This document shows positions 57,739 to 64,000 of a DNA stretch of 64,000 nucleotides, in pieces. Position 1 is the stretch's first letter. Every line of letters starts with the position of its first letter. Made by a program: the position numbers and the translations under genes. The notes under the pieces are model-generated. The model searched no databases. It saw only the letters and a list, made by a program, of their open reading frames with translations, and was not told the origin of the DNA. Source of the stretch: Candidatus Calditenuaceae archaeon HR02 (lineage in GTDB: Archaea; Thermoproteota; Nitrososphaeria_A; Caldarchaeales; Calditenuaceae); contig BEHE01000010.1 in the NCBI GenBank assembly GCA_002898395.1, positions 1 through 64,000 of the forward strand, given 5' to 3'.

Positions 57739-59256
57739 CTAGATGTCGAAGTAGAGGTAGAATTCGTAGGGGTGTGGGCGTGCGGAGACCTGTGTGTGTT
57801 CTTTCAGACCGTTCTCTATTATTGTCTCTATGAGTTCGCTTGGGAATATGGGTTTTAGGAAGTCGTGGTCTGATTCAAGCTCTTCTATGGACTCTCTGAG
57901 GCTTCCGGGGAGCTGCTTGATTCCAAGCTGCCTCCTCTTTTCAGGCGATAGCTTGTATATGTCCTCGTCGACTGGGTCTCCTATGTCGATCTTCTTCTTG
58001 ATTCCGTCGAGTCCGGCAGCCATCATGGCTGCGAAGCAGAGGTATGGGTTGCATGATGGGTCTGGTGTCCTGAATTCGATTCTTTTCTTCGCGCTTGCGG
58101 CGCGGCCCCTGTGGTATACGGGTACTCTCACGTTTGCTGATCTGTTGCTTCTGCTCCAGGCTATGAAGACTGGGGCCTCGTATCCGGGTACGAGTCTCCT
58201 GTAGCTGTTGGTTGTGGGTGCTACTATTGCGCAGAGGGCTCTGCTGTGCTCTAGTAATCCTCCTCCGAAGTATCTGCCGAGCTGGCTTAGCTCAGCGTAG
58301 TCATCATTCTCGTCGTAGAACAGGTTTTCATGACCATCTAGCTGTAGGATGGTGTGGCCGGGGTTTGACTTGGTCTTTCCGCTTCTCTGCCATAGGCTGA
58401 CGTGGGTGTGCATGCCTGATGCGTTGTCGCCAAAGATTGGTTTTGGCATAAATGTGGCGATCATTCCGCTCTTGGCTGCTAGGTTTTTGACAACGAATTT
58501 GTATGTTATGGAGTTGTCTGCCATATTTGTGAGGGTGTCCCTGTACATGTCTATCTCACACTGCCCCGCTGTAGCTACTTCGTGGTGGTGGGCGTCGCAA
58601 GGTATGTGGAAATGATCCGAAAGTATATTGACGCACTCGGACCTGAAGACCATTAACGTGTCGTGGGGTGGAGCGGGGTAGTAGCCCTCCTTAAACCTGA
58701 TGGGATAGTTGGTTCCTGCGCTACTCCAGGCCGCCTCCTTCGACTCAATGCTATAAGACTGTCCCCTGTAGGCGTCTAGGACGTCCCAGTGGACTTTGTC
58801 GAAGACGAAAAACTCGATCTCGGGCCCCCAGAAGGAGAGGTCATATCCCTGCTCAGCCGCATACATCTCCGCCTTCTGAGCAACATGGCGTGGGTCCTTC
58901 TCCAGCCTTCCACGCGCCATTCCCCAGCCGACATTGCATATCATCCTCGCGGTCTTCACATGGTCAGGTATCCATGGGATGATGGCATAGGTTGAGGGGT
59001 CTGGATATAGCACTAGGTCGGACTCGTGTATGTCTACGAATCCCCTGATAGATGAGCCGTCAAGCTTTGGGACGCCTGAGGAGAATGAATCCTCGTCAAG
59101 GAATTTGGCTGGAATCGTTACGTGCTGGAGCCTGCCCGGAACATCCGTGAACTGGAGGTCAATGTATTTTATGCCATCCCTTTCAACGCTCTCCAACACT
59201 TGGTCAAGGCCCATCCTCCACGGTACGAGTTCGCCGTTCTCAAAGACAAATGGCAT
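57739..59256 (-). CDS. glnA: Glutamine synthetase type I
   Basis: DLQFTD, DGSSIRGF, HHHEVA..GQCE, FMPKP..DNASGMH, RLVPGYEAP and IEFRTPD motifs. Confidence 0.98.
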   Translation of the reverse strand: MPFVFENGELVPWRMGLDQVLESVERDGIKYIDLQFTDVPGRLQHVTIPAKFLDEDSFSSGVPKLDGSSIRGFVDIHESDLVLYPDPSTYAIIPWIPDHVKTARMICNVGWGMARGRLEKDPRHVAQKAEMYAAEQGYDLSFWGPEIEFFVFDKVHWDVLDAYRGQSYSIESKEAAWSSAGTNYPIRFKEGYYPAPPHDTLMVFRSECVNILSDHFHIPCDAHHHEVATAGQCEIDMYRDTLTNMADNSITYKFVVKNLAAKSGMIATFMPKPIFGDNASGMHTHVSLWQRSGKTKSNPGHTILQLDGHENLFYDENDDYAELSQLGRYFGGGLLEHSRALCAIVAPTTNSYRRLVPGYEAPVFIAWSRSNRSANVRVPVYHRGRAASAKKRIEFRTPDPSCNPYLCFAAMMAAGLDGIKKKIDIGDPVDEDIYKLSPEKRRQLGIKQLPGSLRESIEELESDHDFLKPIFPSELIETIIENGLKEHTQVSARPHPYEFYLYFDI

Positions 59257-59417
59257 GCCTTCGACACACCCCCACTAAGGAATTAGGCTGAGGAGTTGCC
59301 GCGGCCGCGTTGACTGTCTGTCCATCAATAAAGGCTACTTTGTGTCCATCTGCTACGATTTTTCCACGTCTTACCGTTTTATGGACCATCATTTGGCGAA
59401 TATTGGCTAATAAGTCA

Positions 59418-59425
59418 TATTTAAA
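59418..59425 (-). promoter_or_regulatory. Putative TATA box (TTTAAATA) for the glnA transcript
   Basis: Consensus archaeal TATA, followed by the imperfect palindrome TTAGCCAATATTCGCCAA and then an ATG 25 nt downstream. Confidence 0.45.
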
Positions 59426-59610
59426 CATGTCATTAGCCGAGGCGATAAATATTGAGTAAAGTAAACAATTTCTCCCCCAATCCGGGCATTCATTAAACAT
59501 TATTCAAATCGTGCTGACGTGTAATGCAGGCGCTCATGAGCCGAAGGTAAAACTCCTTTCGCTCTGCGCGGGAAGTAGATATTTAGGTGAGAGTACCTTA
59601 GTTTTCATCT

Positions 59611-61908
59611 GTGCAGTCAGCGGTCTATGTCGGTAAGCCTATTCCGCGGAAGGAGGATCTGAGGTTTTTAACAGGTAGGGGCAGGTTCATAGATGATATA
59701 AGTCTCCCGAGGATGCTCTATGCGGCCTTTCTTAGGAGCCCTTACGCCCACGCGAGGATAACTAGTATCGATGTATCTGGCGCACTTCAAAACGGCGCGG
59801 TGGCCGCCTTCACCGGCCAAGAGCTTAACAAGATGTGTGGTGGCATACATCTAGATGTACCGCGGGGGCGGAAGGATTTTGTGGTTAAGCCTCTCGCAGA
59901 GGGCAAGGTTAGGTATGTTGGCGAGCCTGTCGCTGTTGTAGTTGCTAACGACCCCTACACCGCGCGGGACGCTCTGGAGTACATTAACGTGGATTACGAG
60001 AGGCTTGAGCCGGTTGTGGATCCTCTTGAGGCTTCTAAGCCCGGTGCGCCTATCATACACGATGATTTCCCGGACAATATCTGCTTTACTAGGAAGCGTG
60101 TCTATGGCGATATCGAGGCGGCCTTCAGGGAGGCCGACAAGGTCGTTGATGTCCAGTTGAGGATACAGCGGCTTGTCCCCTCTGCGATGGAGTGTCGTGG
60201 TGTGGTGGCCATTTTTGACGAGGGTGTCGGATACCTGAGGATCTGGGCCACTAAACAATTCCCGCACGACTTTCGAGGCTGGACGGCAGAGGCCCTCGGA
60301 ATATCTGAGTCGAAGATTCATGTTATAGCGCCAGACATAGGCGGGGCATTTGGCTCGAAACTCGAGCACTACCCTGAAGATGTAGTGATTCCCCTCTTAG
60401 CTAAATTGCTTGGACGGCCTATAAAGTGGATTGAGACGCGTAGTGAGAACTTCCACTCCACAACTCATGGAAGGGGTAGTGCGGCTTGGGTTGAGGCGGC
60501 CGTGAAGAATGACGGCAGGCTACTCGGGGTTAGAGCTAAGATCTTGACAGATCTCGGCGCCTATCCATACTTCTCCACGATACAGGTTCCCGAGGGGATT
60601 GTCGGGATGTTGCCGGGTTGCTATAAGCTGAGAGGCTTGGAGGCTGAGGTAACTGGCGTCTTCACCAATAAAGTTCCAACGGCGGCGTATAGGGGTGCGG
60701 GCAGGCCAGAGGCCTCATACATTATTGAGCGGACTATGGATAGAATTGCGAGAGAGCTGGGAATCGACCCAGCCGAGGCTCGGAGAAGAAATTTCATCAG
60801 GCCAGAGGAGTTCCCCTACGAGACAATAACCGGCCACAAGTATGACTCTGGGAACTATGAACAAGCGCTTAACAAGGCGCTCAAGATTGTGGGCTATGAG
60901 GAGCTCAGGCATAGACAGTCAGAGCTAAGGGCTGCTGGGAAGCTGCTGGGCATAGGAATCTCAAGCTACATCGAGGTATGTAACTTTGCCCCTACCCCCG
61001 CTATAGTGAGTGTGGAGAAGGATGGGAGGGTCAAGGTGGTATCTGGAACGCTGCCGCACGGTCAGGGCGAGGAGACTGCATTCGCCCAGATAGCTGCTGA
61101 CGCGTTGGGTGTGGATATAAAAGATGTCGACGTCATATTTGGAGATACTTCTCTAATCGGGTGGGGGCCGGGGACAGCGGGTAGCTGGACACTAGCGTCC
61201 GGCGGTAATGCGGTCCTACAAGCTTCTATGAAGGTGAGAGACAAGATATTGAGACTTGCAGCCCACATGCTGGAGGTTAGGCCCGAGGACTTGGAGATCG
61301 TTGACGGCAAGGTTGGAGTGAAAGGCGTCCCAGAGAAGTCCGTGAAGATTAAGGAGGTCGCTGCCCTAGCGTATGACCCTTCAGGACTGCCTGCCGGTAT
61401 TGAGCCTGGACTCTCTGCAGAGGTGGGCTACAGTCCACAGCTGACGTATCCATTTGGGACGCATGTGGCCGTAGTCGAGATTGATTTGGAGACGGGAAGG
61501 GTAGAGGTGAAGAGGCTAGTGCTTGTCGATGACTGTGGAAGGGTTGTTAACCCGCTTCTAGTTGAGGGGCAGGTAATTGGCGGGGCGGTCCAGGCCCTAG
61601 CTCAAGCCCTCTACGAAGAGGCTTTCTTTGATAGTGATGGAAACCTAGTCAACTCCAACTTTGGGGACTATCTTATTCCTACTGCCGTCGAGATACCTGA
61701 AATCCAGACGGAGAGGACCGAGACGCCTGCCCCTAACCCGCTGGGGGCAAAAGGTGTCGGGGAGGCTGCGACAATAGGCTTGACACAGGCCGTGGTAAAT
61801 GCTGTTGAGGATGCACTCGCACCGCTCGGTGTAAGGGTAGTGGATACGCCGCTAACACCCTACCAGGTTTGGCGCATAATACGGGAAAAACTCCCGAAAT
61901 CGGGTTGA
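59611..61908 (+). CDS. Xanthine dehydrogenase-family molybdopterin-binding large subunit (CoxL/CutL-like; not form I CODH)
   Basis: LRSPYAHA, GGAFGSK, AYRGAGRPE, HGQGEET, EGQV.GG and KGVGE motifs. Confidence 0.95.
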   Translation: MQSAVYVGKPIPRKEDLRFLTGRGRFIDDISLPRMLYAAFLRSPYAHARITSIDVSGALQNGAVAAFTGQELNKMCGGIHLDVPRGRKDFVVKPLAEGKVRYVGEPVAVVVANDPYTARDALEYINVDYERLEPVVDPLEASKPGAPIIHDDFPDNICFTRKRVYGDIEAAFREADKVVDVQLRIQRLVPSAMECRGVVAIFDEGVGYLRIWATKQFPHDFRGWTAEALGISESKIHVIAPDIGGAFGSKLEHYPEDVVIPLLAKLLGRPIKWIETRSENFHSTTHGRGSAAWVEAAVKNDGRLLGVRAKILTDLGAYPYFSTIQVPEGIVGMLPGCYKLRGLEAEVTGVFTNKVPTAAYRGAGRPEASYIIERTMDRIARELGIDPAEARRRNFIRPEEFPYETITGHKYDSGNYEQALNKALKIVGYEELRHRQSELRAAGKLLGIGISSYIEVCNFAPTPAIVSVEKDGRVKVVSGTLPHGQGEETAFAQIAADALGVDIKDVDVIFGDTSLIGWGPGTAGSWTLASGGNAVLQASMKVRDKILRLAAHMLEVRPEDLEIVDGKVGVKGVPEKSVKIKEVAALAYDPSGLPAGIEPGLSAEVGYSPQLTYPFGTHVAVVEIDLETGRVEVKRLVLVDDCGRVVNPLLVEGQVIGGAVQALAQALYEEAFFDSDGNLVNSNFGDYLIPTAVEIPEIQTERTETPAPNPLGAKGVGEAATIGLTQAVVNAVEDALAPLGVRVVDTPLTPYQVWRIIREKLPKSG

Positions 61909-61949
61909 AGTAATACTTTCGTATTATTCTAAATAAGTTGATGCAAATG

Positions 61950-61957
61950 TTTATATA
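61950..61957 (+). promoter_or_regulatory. TATA box (TTTATATA) upstream of the structured RNA candidate
   Basis: Consensus TATA preceded by a purine-rich BRE-like GCAAATG, 20-24 nt before the first helix. No protein gene lies downstream on this strand. Confidence 0.6.
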
Positions 61958-61976
61958 GGGGACCATAATTTCTTAT

Positions 61977-62165
61977 GGAGCGGGGCGCCCGGGATAGGGG
62001 AGATCCGAGAGGCGTCAGGGAAACCTGGCGTCTCTGGGAGCCTCCAGTCTCGTGGACCCAACGGGAAACCGTGGGCAAAGGGATTGGAGAGGGTGCTCAC
62101 GGTGTGCGTGGGGCCTAGGGGTCTAACACGCACGTCGCGCGCCCTCCCCGAAAGGCGCCCCGTCT
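61977..62165 (+). ncRNA. Unclassified highly structured RNA (about 190 nt, four-way junction)
   Basis: Terminal helix 61981-61989/62154-62162 and three long arms with many G-U pairs and two GAAA tetraloops. It is a GC-rich island between convergent genes with its own TATA box. Confidence 0.8.
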
Positions 62166-62168
62166 AAT

Positions 62169-62867
62169 TTACGGAGCAAACATGTGTCTGAGGACCCTCT
62201 CATAATACTGTTCCGGGGAATATTCTATCATCTCCAGGTCGTCGATGTTGAGGACGATTATGGAGTGTATTCTGCAGTTGCGTAGCTCGTCTATCTGGAT
62301 GGGAGGCCTGCTGTAGTAGATGTCGCAGAGGCTCTTCAGCGACTCCACTTCTCCAGCCTCTCTAAGCCTTGGCGGCTTCAACAAGGGTTCCGGGATCTCC
62401 AGAATGTTGTAGCGGGGGGTTGCTAGGCTGAACTTGTCAGCATACTTACTGTATCGCGCAACCTTACTAACCACTCGGGCCCGGAGATACCTCTGAGGGT
62501 CGAGGGCGGCTTCAGGCGGGGCGAAACCGGTTTCTATCTCAATGATGTGGGTGCTTCCTCCCTTCTCGCCAAAGACGTCACAGACGAGTGAATCGCCGAG
62601 ATACCTTTCCACATCAACCTCATACCCAAGCCTCGCCAAGTGCCCCGCGCAGATAACCTCCATCACCGAATGATTAATCTTAACTAGTCCTCTCTGATGC
62701 ATGTCGATGAGCTTCGCTCCAATCCTGTAGAGCTGATCTCTGAGAGACTGGCCTAGCAACCCTGCTAGCCTCTCTACCAACGCGGTGATGTCTCTAGCAA
62801 AATCGCTTTCACTCGGTCTATCAGCGTGCTTGGCTACTTCCCGCTCACTCGGCTGGTCGCTGCTCAC
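62169..62867 (-). CDS. Conserved archaeal hypothetical protein with a PD-(D/E)xK-like motif
   Basis: GYEVDVER..LVCDVFGEKG..IIEIETG..SKVARYS. Confidence 0.8.
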   Translation of the reverse strand: MSSDQPSEREVAKHADRPSESDFARDITALVERLAGLLGQSLRDQLYRIGAKLIDMHQRGLVKINHSVMEVICAGHLARLGYEVDVERYLGDSLVCDVFGEKGGSTHIIEIETGFAPPEAALDPQRYLRARVVSKVARYSKYADKFSLATPRYNILEIPEPLLKPPRLREAGEVESLKSLCDIYYSRPPIQIDELRNCRIHSIIVLNIDDLEMIEYSPEQYYERVLRHMFAP

Positions 62868-62984
62868 TGATGAATAAGTAGGTTTGGTCTTGTCATTAAA
62901 GTCTATCTCTTTCCGCCTGGCCCTTCACTTTAAAACGTTTCGCGACGAGTAATTCTTAGCTAGGGTGGAGGGGTGGTGTCAGTG

Positions 62985-63755
62985 TCACTCCAGCCTCGGT
63001 GCTATGAGGTATTCGAGCCTGCCTGCGGGGAGTGTGAAGGTCAGCTTTACGGGCTTGTTGCTGCTCAACTGTATAAGCGTCTCCTCGGACAGATCCCTAC
63101 CAGGCTTAACTATCCGCTCCAGGTAGGCTAGACTAAAACTTGCTACAACCTCGTGGGGAGCCTCCACCTCGTATACTAGCGCGCCGTCCCTTGAGAGCTT
63201 GTTCTCGACCACGCCCATGTCGCCCTTAGCCATCAGTATCACAGCGGAGGGCTGGATGATTATCTTAACGGAGTCGGAGACTAGGCTTGCATCCTCCACG
63301 GCCTCCCATAGCGCCTCCGAGTTTACCCTTGCCCTCGCCTCGAAGACTAGCTTGGGAGAGGCACTGGTGCCCGCGACGGGTTCGAGCGTGTTGAGCTGGT
63401 ATCTCCTCTCCCGCGACTTGGTCGGGTCTGTCAGGATTATATCCAGCTTCCTCTTCTCCTCTTCGTATACGAGTGTCAGGGACTCACCCTTCTTAGCCCT
63501 CTTGAGGAATTTGAGTAGCTCCTGAAGGTTGACTGTCAGCTCTGTCTCCTTGTCTGCCACGAACTCCTCGGCGGCCTCCTTCCTCAGCTCAAAGTCTACA
63601 AGACTCACGTGAGCTGGATCCATAGACACGAGCCTCAACGAGTCTTGAGTAATCTTGAATGAGGCCTCATCAACTACAGCGGCAACTGCCTTAAAGAGGT
63701 CTGCGGCATAATCTGCGTTAGGGATCCTCATAGTAAACATGGTGCTCCCTCCCAC
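62985..63755 (-). CDS. pcn: DNA polymerase sliding clamp (PCNA)
   Basis: SMDPAHVSLVD, FSLAYL and YLIAPR motifs. Confidence 0.97.
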   Translation of the reverse strand: MGGSTMFTMRIPNADYAADLFKAVAAVVDEASFKITQDSLRLVSMDPAHVSLVDFELRKEAAEEFVADKETELTVNLQELLKFLKRAKKGESLTLVYEEEKRKLDIILTDPTKSRERRYQLNTLEPVAGTSASPKLVFEARARVNSEALWEAVEDASLVSDSVKIIIQPSAVILMAKGDMGVVENKLSRDGALVYEVEAPHEVVASFSLAYLERIVKPGRDLSEETLIQLSSNKPVKLTFTLPAGRLEYLIAPRLE

Positions 63756-63799
63756 TTATTAGTTACTGGTCTCCTTGCTTAAAATATTTGGCTGTAAGC

Positions 63800-64000
63800 G
63801 GTGCGGGAAGCCTATGCTGGCTATACCTGGGAAATAGCTTCAGAAGCCAAGTGGCCGGAAGCCTACTCTAAACTGATATGTGCGAAGCGGGTGGTCTGCC
63901 GTAATTGCTAGTCAAATCCCTGCGGAGAGAATACATCCAAACCCTGTTAAGCTCATGTTGATGAGGGCATAGATATAAGTCATCAAAAACCCAAGACCAT
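63800..64000 (+). pseudogene. arsC: Arsenate reductase / LMW-PTP-family remnant running off the window end
   Basis: Broken frames GNSFRSQVA / EAY / PAERIHPNPVKLM / EGIDISHQKPKT. The P-loop Cys is not seen. Confidence 0.7.

Noticed and set aside
59611-61908. Aerobic CO dehydrogenase (coxL) call
   Set aside because: The active-site loop is AYRGAGR rather than AYRCSFR, and no coxM, coxS or accessory genes are adjacent.
61951-62133. 60-aa minus-strand ORF
   Set aside because: It is a Pro/Gly-rich shadow of the GC-rich structured RNA; the G-U pairing pattern favours an RNA on the + strand.
61977-62165. Identification as RNase P RNA, SRP RNA, tRNA or a Moco riboswitch
   Set aside because: The diagnostic motifs (RNase P P4, SRP helix 8, T-loop) are not seen on either strand. 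It lies downstream of the Moco enzyme gene and between convergent genes, so it is not a 5' leader. This still needs a cmscan check.
2450-63525. Numerous 60-200 aa ORFs overlapping annotated genes on the opposite strand or in another frame
   Set aside because: They are Ser/Pro-rich shadows without motifs and are fully explained by the well-supported overlapping genes.
1-64000. CRISPR array, rRNA genes, intact transposases or viral genes
   Set aside because: By eye I saw no regularly spaced direct repeats, rRNA signature sequences, intact DDE/TnpB ORFs or capsid/packaging genes.

Overview
This is an archaeal chromosomal window. It has an archaeal-type PCNA, DUF35/thiolase pairs, TATA-type promoters and an archaeal tRNA-Leu; a thermophilic Thermoproteota such as Caldarchaeales/'Aigarchaeota' is my inference, not a search result. 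Intact modules: F420/LLM oxidoreductase-menA-CPBP; dsrE-tusA-sqr-arsR sulfide module; GH78 rhamnosidase divergent from an ADP-ribosylglycohydrolase-family gene; an acyl-CoA catabolic block (acetoacetate-CoA ligase, acyl-CoA dehydrogenase, two thiolase-fold genes, two DUF35 genes) divergent from an operon of 2-oxoacid:ferredoxin oxidoreductase (delta, alpha, beta, gamma), an HdrA-MvhD fusion, an HdrD/GlpC-like Fe-S protein and EtfAB; two ABC transporters with Tat-type binding proteins plus catabolic enzymes; a complete clade II-type nos cluster (Tat-signal NosZ, cupredoxin, nosL, nosB-like, nosDFY, regulator); glnA; an orphan xanthine-dehydrogenase-family large subunit; and PCNA. Decayed genes lie between them: vapBC, HEPN-MNT, archaeal ATPase, integrase, arsC and a frameshifted DUF350 gene. 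The most striking unexplained element is a roughly 190-nt, heavily base-paired four-way-junction RNA candidate at 61977-62165. It has its own TATA box, sits between convergent genes, and matches no RNA family I can recognise. A candidate C/D-box sRNA also lies just upstream of tRNA-Leu. All calls come from motif recognition by eye; no searches or folding programs were run.
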